Made by a program: the position numbers and the translations under genes | Notes under the pieces: generated by a model | Database searches by the model: none | Seen by the model: only the letters and a program-made list of their open reading frames with translations | Told to the model about the DNA's origin: nothing | In this document: positions 20,148 through 30,339 of the stretch, in pieces | How positions within the stretch are numbered: position 1 is the stretch's first letter | Layout: each line of letters begins with the position of its first letter | Source of the DNA: Candidatus Latescibacterota bacterium | Lineage (GTDB): Bacteria; Krumholzibacteriota; Krumholzibacteriia; WVZY01; JAKEHA01 | Assembly (NCBI GenBank): GCA_963707635.1 | Contig: OY970173.1 | Span: forward strand, 672,001 to 736,000 | Length of the DNA: 64,000 nt | Direction: 5' to 3'

Positions 20148-22312
20148 ATGCCGACGCGATGCCCTGGTATGGTTCTTCTGGCAGCCATTTCAATCCTTCC
20201 GCTCACTGGCTCGTTTGCAAACGCCGCGAAAGTCACCCTCGCGGGCCCACCCACACGGTCGTTCGACCCGGCCACGTTCTCGTCCGTCGCGGGCAGCGTC
20301 GGACCGTCACCCGGCGGGGCCCCGGACGAGGCGCTGACGCCCGGGCTGAGTGGACCGGCGATCGAGTGTTTCAACTTCGACGACAACGGGCCGGCGACGT
20401 TCAATGGGACCTTCCTCAATCCTCCCGATCCGCATTGCGCAGCCGGGTTGTCGCACATCATCAACATTGGCAACTCCTACATCGAGTGGCGGCCGAAGAA
20501 CACGCCGATGGACACGCCGCAGTTCCGGGCATCCTTGAAGGCGTTCTTTGCGGGGGCGCCGGACGTGCTCGGAACGGTCTGTTACGATCCAAAGGTTCTT
20601 TACGATCAGTATTCGGATCGCTTCGTGGTGGTCGCCTTCGAGCTGACGATGACAGCCCAGTTTACCCCTATCGCAACGCGCATTCTGGTTGCGGTATCGA
20701 AAGGCCCGGACCCGAACGGCGGCTGGTGGCTGCACGCCATCAACTCCGCGGTGCCGATTGGCGGTACCGATGACTTCCCGGACTACCCCGGCGTCGCCCT
20801 CGATGACGAGGCGGTGTACGTGTGCGCGAACATGTTCGACTTCGTCACCTTCGCCTTTGGCGGTGTGCGCCTGTGGATCATTCCGAAAACGGGGGCATAT
20901 GCGGGGCCGAACGGGGCCCTCGTGTCCACGGTCTATGACCCGTACGGCCTGGCCGGACAACCCGGCTACGCGGCGACCACGCAGCCGGCGCACATGTACG
21001 GTCCCGAGCCGGCCGGCCTCGGCACGTTTCTCGTTAGCTACGATGGCCTCTCGAATGGTTTCAGCGAGTACGTAAACATCATCCGGGTGGACAACCCGCT
21101 GGGTGTGCCGGTGTTTACGTTCACCCAGCTCGGACCGCTCGGCAATATCGATGACACGACTGTCCAACTTCCGGACGCGTCACAGCCCGGCACGACTCTC
21201 AAGATCGAGGTCAACGACCGCCGCGCGCTCAACGCCGTGTGGCGGAACAACAATCTATACATGTGTGCGACCGTGCTGGCGCCGGCCGGCGCTCCCGACG
21301 CGGGTCAGACCACGGCCTACTGGTGGCGTGTTAGCACGCTGGGTGGGCTCGCGGTGGCGGACCAGGGCCCCGTCGGTGCGAACGATCTCGGCGCGACGAC
21401 GTACACGTTCTTCCCCACGGTCATGGTCGATCAGTGTGACAACATGGCGATCGGTTTCTCCGCGTCGAGCGGACTTGATGTATTGCGGCGCGTACTACGC
21501 GACGCGGTTGGCCGGCGATCCCCCTGGAACCATCGGGGCGACGGGCACGCTGCAGGCGGGCACCGACTACTTCAGACGTTTCTCCAACGGCTCGAGCAGC
21601 CGCTGGGGAGACTACAGCGGTCTCTCGATCTGCCCGGTGGATCAATCGACGTTCTGGATCTACAACGAGTATGCCTGTGCGCGAGGCTCCGGCACGGGGG
21701 GCAATGATGGCCGCTGGTGTACGAAGCTCGGGAAGTTCTTTGTGTGTCAGTCGCTCAGCGTGGCAGTCACCGCGTTCGACGCGGTGGCGAAGGACGGTGC
21801 GGTGGAGCTCCGCGGTCTGTTCCGTTCCGACCTGGGCGTCCAGGCGGTCAATGTGTACCGCTCGGGAGCCGAAGGCGAGTTCCGTCTGATCGAGTCGGTA
21901 GCCACCGGGGGCACGAGCTTCAAGTACACGGACGACACGGTGGCGCCGGGTGCGACGTATCGCTACCAGATCGGCGTGGTCGACAGCGACGGGGAAGTGT
22001 TCTCACCGGTTGCCAGGGTTTCGCTGGCGGGCGTGAGCATCGCGCTCGGGCAGAACAGCCCGAACCCGTTCAACCCGTCGACGACGATCTCGTTCACCTT
22101 GCCCGCGACGGGAACAGGTGACGGTATCGATCTACGACGCGAACGGCCGGCTGGTTCGGACGCTGCTCGACGAATCGCGGGACTACGGCACGCACAGCGT
22201 GACGTGGGATGGCCGCGACGACGCGGGGTCGACGGTCGGCTCGGGCGTGTACTTCTACCGTCTCTCGGCCGGGAAGTACAGCGAGTCGAAGAAGATGGTG
22301 ATGCTGAAGTAG
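20148..22312 (+). CDS. Secreted protein paralog 1 (PPDP...RWGDY domain + Ig-like + FlgD/T9SS-type CTD); +1 frameshifts at ~21475 and 22109
   Basis: Signal peptide; aligns with paralog 3; C-terminal PNPFNPSTTI...GVYFYRL...KKMVMLK. Confidence 0.8.
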
Positions 22313-22351
22313 CGTGGGTTCAATCGGTGTCATCGGGAGCATGAAAAGGAC

Positions 22352-23068
22352 ATGATGACCCTCTACGCCGGCACGAGTGGATACAGCTATAAGGAGTGGA
22401 AGGGCTTCTTCTATCCGGAGAAGATCGCTCCCGACCAGATGCTCGCGTTCTACGCAACCAAGTTGCCCGCGGTCGAAATCAACAACACCTTCTACCGGAT
22501 GCCGAGGCGCGAGCTGCTGGAGTCCTGGGGCGCGCAGGTGCCGGAGAGCTTTCGTTTCGTCATCAAGGCCTCGCAGAAGATCACCCACATCAAGCGCCTG
22601 AAAAACACAGGCGACGAGACCGGCTACCTCATGGACGTCGTCGGGGCGATGGGGAAGAAACTCGGGGTCGTGTTCTTCCAGCTCCCGCCCAACTTCAAGA
22701 AAGACATCGAGCGGTTGGGCGCTTTCCTGGAGACGGTGGCCGGGGAAACCCCGATCGCGTTCGAATTCCGTCACGTGAGCTGGTTCGACGACGAGACCTA
22801 CGCGCTCCTGCGCAACCACAATGTGGCCATGTGCCTGGCCGATACCGACGATGAGATGGAGGTCCCGCTCGTGGGGACGGCAGACTGGGGGTACCTCCGC
22901 CTCCGGCGGCCCGGATATCCGCCCGAAGAGCTGACCCACTGGCGGAACTGGGTCGGCAGCCAGAAGTGGAAAAACGCTTTTGTGTTCTTCAAACACGAAG
23001 ACGAGGCGTCGGGCCCTCGCATGGCGATGGCGTTCCTGGCATCGAGCAGCGACCAAAGTGGCAGTTGA
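22352..23068 (+). CDS. DUF72 (YecE-like) protein
   Basis: GTSGYSYKEW, VEINNTFY, FQLPP, AFEFRHVSW. Confidence 0.92.
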   Translation: MMTLYAGTSGYSYKEWKGFFYPEKIAPDQMLAFYATKLPAVEINNTFYRMPRRELLESWGAQVPESFRFVIKASQKITHIKRLKNTGDETGYLMDVVGAMGKKLGVVFFQLPPNFKKDIERLGAFLETVAGETPIAFEFRHVSWFDDETYALLRNHNVAMCLADTDDEMEVPLVGTADWGYLRLRRPGYPPEELTHWRNWVGSQKWKNAFVFFKHEDEASGPRMAMAFLASSSDQSGS

Positions 23069-23093
23069 AATCCCCGCATTCGAGCGCTATAAT
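23065..23093 (+). promoter_or_regulatory. Sigma70 promoter of paralog 2, -35 overlapping DUF72 stop
   Basis: TTGAAA-N17-TATAAT. Confidence 0.7.
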
Positions 23094-23153
23094 GGCGGCG
23101 CTTCAATCTGTTCCCCTGCAGTGCACTGCCTAACCTTCTGGAGGGGTCCCGCC

Positions 23154-25383
23154 ATGCGGATGCGATACCCTGGGTTAGTGTTTTTCGCGTTAATCTCGAT
23201 CCTCGCCCTCTGCGGCTCCCAAGTTGCCGCGAAGATCTACAGTAATGACGTTCCCACACCGACGCTCACTGCGCAGCAGATGGCGTCGCTCGAGGGCCCG
23301 ATGGGACCGGTACTTCCGGGATTCTCGGAGGTCCCGCTCACACCGGGGCTCATCTCGTCGGCCGAGTGCTTCAACTTCGACGACAACCAGACCTACAACA
23401 AGAATCCGGCCACCGGGGACGGCGTCCGGTTCATTCCCCCGGACCCGCACACCGCGGCCGGACTGCAGCACGTGATCGACATCGGCAACTGCTACGTCGA
23501 GTGGCGCCTTAAGAACGCGCTGGTCAACGCGCCCCAGTATCGAGCCCCGCTTTACAACCCGACACGGTTCAACCCGAACCTCGGCCTGTTCGTGGGAGTT
23601 CCCGGCGGGCTCGGCACCTACGCGTTCGATCCGAAGGTGATCTACGACCAGTATTCGAACCGGTTCATCGTGGCTGACCTGGAGCAGGTCGCCGGTCCGC
23701 CTCTGCAGTCGCGCATCCTGGTCGCGGTGTCGAAGGGCCCGGACCCGAACGGCGGCTGGTGGCTCCATTCCATCAACTCGCTGCTCAACCTCCCTCACCC
23801 CACCACGGGTGTTCTCTCTGACACGTGGGCGGACTACCCCGGCATCGCGGTCGACGACGACGCGGTCTACGTCACCACCAACCAGTTCAGTGCCGCGGGC
23901 AATTTCTATTTCGGTTCCCGCGTGTGGGTCATCCAGAAGGCGCCGACATACGCGGGGCCGGACGGAAGTATCGTCCGGGCGGTGTATGACCCGTATGCGC
24001 TCTCGGGTGCCAGCGTGGATTTGGGAGCCGGAACCACCACGATGCCGACTCATATGTACGGGCCGGAGCCGGCTGGTGTCGGCACCTTCCTGGTGTCGAC
24101 CGGCTGGACCGCCGCGCCAACCGAATACGTCGCGGTCATCCGCCTCGACAACCCGACCGGGGTCGTGGCCTGGAACTATCAGCTGCTCAGCGTGGGCGAC
24201 ATCAGCAGCGGCGGGGTGCCCAATGCGTCGCAATTGGGCTCGGCGCGAACCATCGCGACGGTCGCGCAGCGCTGTATGAACTCCGTCTGGCGCAATAACA
24301 ACCTCTACTGCGTCCATACCATCAAGCCCACCGTGGGCGTCGACTCGCCGCAGGCCACCGCGCACTGGTATCGCCTCGGCACGATGGCGCTGCCTGCCCT
24401 CGTGGTTGCGGACCAGGGCGACGTCGGCGCCGAGGACCTCGGCGCCGGGACCCACACCTTCATGCCGGCGGTCATGGTGGACGTCTGCGACAACATGGCG
24501 ATCGGTTTTGCCGCGTCGGGTCCGGCCATCCACCCTGGGGCGTACTATGCCTCGCGGCTGGCCTCCGATCCGCCGGGAACGATCGGCGGCAGCCATGCCA
24601 CTGGCGGTCGGGACGGATGTCTACATTCGCACCTTTAGTAATAGCCTGACAGCGGCCAGCCGCTGGGGCGACTACAGCGGTCTCTCGATCTGCCCCGTAG
24701 ACCAGGCGACGTTCTGGGTCTACAACGAGTATGCCTGCACGCCCGGCAACCCGTCCACGGTCAGCGGTGTCACCGAGGACGGTCGCTGGTGCACGCGGGT
24801 CGGGTCTTTCTTCCTATGTCAGCCGGTCAGCGTGGCGATCACCGCGTTCGACGCCGTGGCGAAGAACGGGGCGGTGGAACTGCGCAGTCTGTTCCGCTCC
24901 GACCTGGGCGTCCAGGCGGTCAACGTGTACCGCTCGGGAGCCGAGGGCGAGTTCCGTCTGATCGAGACGGTGGCCACCGGCGGCACCAGCTTCGTGTTCA
25001 CGGATGACACGGTGGCTCCGGGTGCGACGTATCGCTATCAGATCGGCGTGGTCGACGGCGACGGCGAGGTCTTCTCTCCGGTCGCCAAGGTGTCGCTGGC
25101 GGGCGTGAGTGTGGCGCTCGGGCAGAACAGTCCGAACCCGTTCAACCCGTCGACGACGATCTCGTTCACCTTGCCCGCGAGGGAACAGGTGACGGTGTCG
25201 ATCTACGACGCGAACGGCCGGCTGGTTCGGACGCTGCTCGACGAATCGCGGGACTACGGGACGCACAGCGTGACGTGGGATGGCCGCGACGACGCGGGGT
25301 CGACGGTCGGCTCGGGCGTGTACTTTTACCGTCTCTCGGCCGGGAAGTACAGCGAGTCGAAGAAGATGGTGATGCTGAAGTAG
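23154..25383 (+). CDS. Secreted protein paralog 2; +1 frameshift at ~24592
   Basis: Signal peptide, PPDPH, FDPKVIYDQY, RWGDYSG, FlgD-type CTD. Confidence 0.8.
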
Positions 25384-25441
25384 CGCGGGCGGCTTTGGCA
25401 GATTGCCTTGCGAGGGGGCGCCCGATGGGGCGCCCTCTCGT
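24817..25441 (+). repeat. ~620 bp near-identical direct repeat (also 27205-27829; slightly more diverged at ~21745-22314)
   Basis: Base-by-base comparison shows only scattered substitutions; copies 2 and 3 also share the downstream terminator. Confidence 0.9.
25411..25441 (+). terminator. Terminator-like hairpin shared by paralogs 2, 3 and 4
   Basis: GGGCGCCC-GAT-(G)GGGCGCCCTCTCG core here, at ~27799-27828 and at ~30199-30226. Confidence 0.7.
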
Positions 25442-25447
25442 ATTTTC

Positions 25448-25519
25448 GGCCCGCGCATGGCGATGGCATTCCTCGAGACCGGGGCGTCGGGAAGCCTCAA
25501 ACGCGAAGACGGAGCTTGA
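25448..25519 (+). pseudogene. 3' relic of a second DUF72 gene
   Basis: Encodes GPRMAMAFL as at the DUF72 C-terminus; in-frame TGA overlaps the TTGAAA -35 box. Confidence 0.75.
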
Positions 25520-25605
25520 AAAAGCCCACACTGTTGGCCTATAATCGATTGCCTACTCAACTGATCTGCTGCAGCGCACGTCAACGTCTGGACGGTCTAC
25601 CTGCT

Positions 25606-27771
25606 ATGCGGATGCGATACCTTCGGTTGGTTTTTCTGGCAGTAGTCTCAATCACCGTCTTCGGCGGCGCGGTCGCCGCGAAGGTCAACGTCGTGGACAC
25701 GCCGACACCGTCGGTCGACCCGGCCTCGTTCGCGGCTCTCCAGGAAGGTGGGCCCGGACCGTCGATGACCACCGATGGAAACGGCGTACTCACGCCCGGG
25801 CTCAGCGGGCCGGCGATCGAGTGTTTCAACTTCAATGACAATCCGCCGCTCAACAGCGGACTCCTGTTCATTCCGCCCGATCCGCACTGCGCGGCCGGGT
25901 TGACCCATGTCATTAACATTGGCAACTGCATCATCGAGTGGCGGCCGAAGAGTGCGCCGTTAGACGTGCCGCAGTACCGGAACTCGCTGAAGGGCTTCTT
26001 TGCGGGTGCCGTCGGCGCCGGAGGCATCGGGACCCTGGGGACGACATGTTTCGACCCGAAGGTCATCTACGACCAGTACCAGGACCGGTTCATCGTGGTA
26101 GCGCTGGAACAGGGCAACCCGCCGCTGCAGTCGCGGATTCTGGTCGCCGTCTCGAAGGGTGCGGACCCGAACGGCGGCTGGTGGCTGCACGCCATCAACT
26201 CGGTGGTGTCGATCGGTGGCGTCGACTGCTACGCCGACTACCCGGGCCTCGCCGTCGATGACGAAGCCGTGTACGTGAACAACAACATGTTCAACGCTGC
26301 GGGTGCCTTTGGCGGCGTGCGTCTGTGGATCATCAACAAGGCGCCGACGTATGCCGGTGGGCTCATCGCCTACACGCTGCACGATCCGTATGGCGAAGTC
26401 GGACAGCCCGGGCTTGCGACCACCACGCAGCCCACGCACATGTACGGTCCGGAGCCGGCCGGGGTCGGCACGTTTCTCGTGAGCTACTCGGGCCTCTCGG
26501 ACGGTCTCAACGAGTACATCGACATCATCCGGGTGGACAACCCGCTCGGCGCCGTGGCCTTCGATTTCCAGCAGCTCGGGCCGCTGGGGAACTTCGACAA
26601 CACTGTGCCCGCACTTCCGGACGCGCCGCAGTTGGGCAACGCCATTCTGATCGAAGTCAATGACCGGCGCGCGCTCAATGCCGTGTGGCGGAACAACAAT
26701 CTGTACATGTGCGCGACCGTGCTGCCGCCGGCCGGCGCCCCCGACGCGGGTCAGACGACGGCGTACTGGTGGCGGGTCAATACAACGGTGCTGCCGGCGC
26801 TCGCGGTGGCAGACCAGGGCTTCGTCGGCGCCAATGATCTGGGTGCCGGGGCGACCTACACGTTCATGGCCTCCGTCATGGTCGATGCGTGCGGCAACAT
26901 GGCGATCGGTTTCGCCGCGTCGAACGGCACGATCTACTGCGGCGCGTACTACGCGACGCGGTTGGCCGCCGACCCGCCGGGGACGATCGGTGGGACGGGC
27001 ACGCTGCAGGCGGGAACCGATTGGTACAACCGCATCTTCAGTGGCACGCGCAACCGTTGGGGTGACTACAGCGGTCTCTCGATCTGCCCGGTGGATCAGT
27101 CGACGTTCTGGGTCTACAACGAGTATGCCTGCACGCGCGGGACGCCCAGCGGCGCCCCGCCCCAGGATGGCCGTTGGTGCACGAAGCTCGGCAAGTTCTT
27201 CGTGTGTCAGCCGGTTAGCGTGGCGATCACCGCGTTCGACGCCGTGGCGAAGAACGGGGCGGTGGAACTGCGCAGTCTGTTCCGCTCCGACCTGGGCGTC
27301 CAGGCGGTCAATGTGTACCGCTCGGGAGCCGAAGGCGAGTTCCGTCTGATCGAGACGGTAGCCACCGGCGGCACCAGCTTCGTGTTCACGGATGACACGG
27401 TGGCCCCGGGTGCGACGTATCGCTATCAGATCGGCGTGGTCGACGGCGACGGCGAGGTCTTCTCTCCGGTCGCCAAGGTGTCGCTGGCGGATGTGAGTGT
27501 CACGCTCGGGCAGAACAGTCCGAACCCGTTCAACCCGTCGACGACGATCTCGTTCACCTTGCCCGCGAGGGAACAGGTGACGGTGTCGATCTACGACGCG
27601 AACGGCCGGCTGGTTCGGACGCTGCTCGACGAATCGCGGGACTACGGGACGCACAGCGTGACGTGGGATGGCCGCGACGACGCGGGGTCGACGGTCGGCT
27701 CGGGCGTGTACTTTTACCGTCTCTCGGCCGGGAAGTACAGCGAGTCGAAGAAGATGGTGATGCTGAAGTAG
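25606..27771 (+). CDS. Secreted protein paralog 3 (intact)
   Basis: Signal peptide; TTGAAA-N18-TATAAT promoter at 25516-25545; same domain architecture. Confidence 0.85.
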   Translation: MRMRYLRLVFLAVVSITVFGGAVAAKVNVVDTPTPSVDPASFAALQEGGPGPSMTTDGNGVLTPGLSGPAIECFNFNDNPPLNSGLLFIPPDPHCAAGLTHVINIGNCIIEWRPKSAPLDVPQYRNSLKGFFAGAVGAGGIGTLGTTCFDPKVIYDQYQDRFIVVALEQGNPPLQSRILVAVSKGADPNGGWWLHAINSVVSIGGVDCYADYPGLAVDDEAVYVNNNMFNAAGAFGGVRLWIINKAPTYAGGLIAYTLHDPYGEVGQPGLATTTQPTHMYGPEPAGVGTFLVSYSGLSDGLNEYIDIIRVDNPLGAVAFDFQQLGPLGNFDNTVPALPDAPQLGNAILIEVNDRRALNAVWRNNNLYMCATVLPPAGAPDAGQTTAYWWRVNTTVLPALAVADQGFVGANDLGAGATYTFMASVMVDACGNMAIGFAASNGTIYCGAYYATRLAADPPGTIGGTGTLQAGTDWYNRIFSGTRNRWGDYSGLSICPVDQSTFWVYNEYACTRGTPSGAPPQDGRWCTKLGKFFVCQPVSVAITAFDAVAKNGAVELRSLFRSDLGVQAVNVYRSGAEGEFRLIETVATGGTSFVFTDDTVAPGATYRYQIGVVDGDGEVFSPVAKVSLADVSVTLGQNSPNPFNPSTTISFTLPAREQVTVSIYDANGRLVRTLLDESRDYGTHSVTWDGRDDAGSTVGSGVYFYRLSAGKYSESKKMVMLK

Positions 27772-27942
27772 CGCGGGCGGCTTTGGCAGATTGCCTTGCG
27801 AGAGGGCGCCCGATGGGGCGCCCTCTCGTGCTTTCGGGGCACACCGCTGCAAACTCCTGGTTGGCGGGGTCGGGGTCCCCCTTGTAGGATCATGCCCGCG
27901 GACCCGCACACTCTCGAACCCTTGATTCGAAGGAGAACCCAC

Positions 27943-30168
27943 ATGCGCATGCGACGTGGCTGGCCGTACGCCCTGGCCTTCCTGGTTACGATGGTGTCCG
28001 TCCGGACGGTCGGCGGTGGCAGGATTCACGCGCCCGACCCGGAACCGTCCATCGGTTCAACGGAATGGACTGGCGCCGTGGCGGCGACGAACGCGCCCGC
28101 CACACCCGCGCTCCCGCTCGTCGCGCCGCCGCCGTCGCCGCTGGCTCCGGCGCCCACCGTGGTGGTCGACTGCTTCAACTTCGATACCAATGCCGCGCTG
28201 AACGGCGGGTCGTTGTTCATTCCGCCGGATCCGCACGGCGCCGTCGGCCCCGATCATGTGATCGTGATTGGCAACTGCATCATCGAGTGGCGGCCGAAGC
28301 TGGGCATCACCAGCACCGCCGAATTCCAGTCCAGCCTGAAGAACTTCTTTTCCGCGCTGCCCGGGTCACCTCCGGGTCCGGCGGCCGGCTCGACACTCTC
28401 GACCTTCACTTTCGATCCCAAGGTGATCTACGACCAGTACGCAGGCCGGTTCGTGGTCGTGGCACTGGAACGCTGGATGACCCTGCTCGGCAACCCGTCC
28501 AACCAGTCGCGCATTCTGCTGGCGGTCTCGAAGACGTCCGACCCGAACGACGGGTGGTGGTTCCACGCCATCGATTCCAAGCTCAACGTCGCCGGCGTGG
28601 ACAGCTGGATCGACTATCCCGGACTCGCGTGCGACAACAAGGCCGTCTACGTCACGGGCAACATGTATTCATTCGGCTCGCCGGCCACCTACGGAGGCTC
28701 GCGGGTTTGGGTCATCAACAAGACTCCTACCTACGCGGGACCGAACAACAGCGTGGCCCAGATCCCCTACGACCTGTTCGCCAGCGGTGGCACGCCCACG
28801 ACTGCGCAGCCCGCCCATATGTTCGGAACACTCCCCAACGGTTCCACCGGCCAGCCGCTCGGGACGTTCCTCGTGAGCTATTCCGGGCTGACCGACGGCA
28901 CCAACGAGTACCTCCAGATCGTCGAGCTGACGGATCCGCTGGGCACGGCGGGCGGTCCGTACTTCGCTCTGCAGCAGATCAACCTCGGGAACATCGAGAA
29001 CACCACCGTCGCCCTGCCCACCGCGCCGCAGCTCGGCTCGGGCGTCCCCATCGCGACCAACGACCGGCGCGCGCAGAACGCCGTCTGGAGGAACAACAAC
29101 CTCTACACGTGCGCGACGTACCGGGCGGCGATCGCGCCGAATGCGAACCAGTCGACGGCGCGCTGGTGGCGCGTCAATACCGCGACCCCGGTGCCGGGCC
29201 TGACGATCGCGGACACCGGGATCGCGGGCGGGGAGGACATCAGTGTCGGCGCGTACACGTTTTTCCCGTCGGTCATGGTCGACAGCGACGGAAACATGGC
29301 GATGAACTTTGCACTCTCCGGCCCGACTGTGTACCCGGGCGCGTACTACGCGACCCGCATGGCCGGCGATCCCGCGGGCACGCTCGGGGCCACCTGCACG
29401 CTCCACGCCGGAACGGACTGGTACTACCGCGTGTTCACAGGGACGTCGAACCGATGGGGTGACTTCAGCGCCCTTGTCATCTGTCCGCTCGACGAGGGTG
29501 ACTTCTGGGCGATCAACGAGTACGCCATGACGCGCGGGACGATCACCAACGGAACCCAGGACGGGCGCTGGCAGATGGTGGTCGGCAAGTTCCGGCTCAA
29601 GCCGCTGGTGAGCGTTGCGATCAGCTCGTTCGACGCGGTCACGAAAGATGGCGCCGTGGTGCTGCGCGCCGCGTTCCGTTCCAACCTCGGCGTCGAGTCC
29701 GTAAGCGTGTATCGCGGTGAGGGGACGTCCGGTGACCTGCGCGTGATCGCGACCGAGTTCGGCGCCGGAGAAACCTTCGAATACACGGACCGGACGACGC
29801 ACCCCGGCTCTCATTACCGCTACCAGATCGGCGTGCGCGACGCAGACGGCGAATTTCTCTCGCCCATCGCGGAGGTCGCGGTGCCGGATCTGGAAGCCGC
29901 GCTCGGGCAGAACAGCCCGAACCCGTTCAACCCATCGACGACCATCTCGTTCACGCTGCCGGCGAACGAGCGGGTGACGATCGTGGTCTACGACGCGAGC
30001 GGGAGGATGGTTCGCACCCTCGTCGACGCGAACCGCGATTTCGGCACGCACGAGGTTGCCTGGGACGGACGCGACGACGAGGGGGCAGTGGTCGGCTCGG
30101 GCGTGTACTTCTATCGCCTGACGGCGGGGAAGCACAGCGAGTCGAAGAAGATGGTGCTCTTGAAGTAG
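27943..30168 (+). CDS. Secreted protein paralog 4 (intact)
   Basis: AGGAG RBS; PPDPH...RWGDF; FlgD-type CTD. Confidence 0.85.
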   Translation: MRMRRGWPYALAFLVTMVSVRTVGGGRIHAPDPEPSIGSTEWTGAVAATNAPATPALPLVAPPPSPLAPAPTVVVDCFNFDTNAALNGGSLFIPPDPHGAVGPDHVIVIGNCIIEWRPKLGITSTAEFQSSLKNFFSALPGSPPGPAAGSTLSTFTFDPKVIYDQYAGRFVVVALERWMTLLGNPSNQSRILLAVSKTSDPNDGWWFHAIDSKLNVAGVDSWIDYPGLACDNKAVYVTGNMYSFGSPATYGGSRVWVINKTPTYAGPNNSVAQIPYDLFASGGTPTTAQPAHMFGTLPNGSTGQPLGTFLVSYSGLTDGTNEYLQIVELTDPLGTAGGPYFALQQINLGNIENTTVALPTAPQLGSGVPIATNDRRAQNAVWRNNNLYTCATYRAAIAPNANQSTARWWRVNTATPVPGLTIADTGIAGGEDISVGAYTFFPSVMVDSDGNMAMNFALSGPTVYPGAYYATRMAGDPAGTLGATCTLHAGTDWYYRVFTGTSNRWGDFSALVICPLDEGDFWAINEYAMTRGTITNGTQDGRWQMVVGKFRLKPLVSVAISSFDAVTKDGAVVLRAAFRSNLGVESVSVYRGEGTSGDLRVIATEFGAGETFEYTDRTTHPGSHYRYQIGVRDADGEFLSPIAEVAVPDLEAALGQNSPNPFNPSTTISFTLPANERVTIVVYDASGRMVRTLVDANRDFGTHEVAWDGRDDEGAVVGSGVYFYRLTAGKHSESKKMVLLK

Positions 30169-30339
30169 CGCGCCGCCGCGAACTAATGGTTCCCATGCAG
30201 AGGGCGCCCGATGGGCGCCCTCTCGTGTTTTCGGGCGTCGGTAAGCCAAAGTCGAGCCTTGGCGCGCGCGCGCGCGTCGGCTACAATCATGGCACAATTG
30301 CTCGATTGCCACGCACCCACCCCAGGAGGTGACCGTCCC

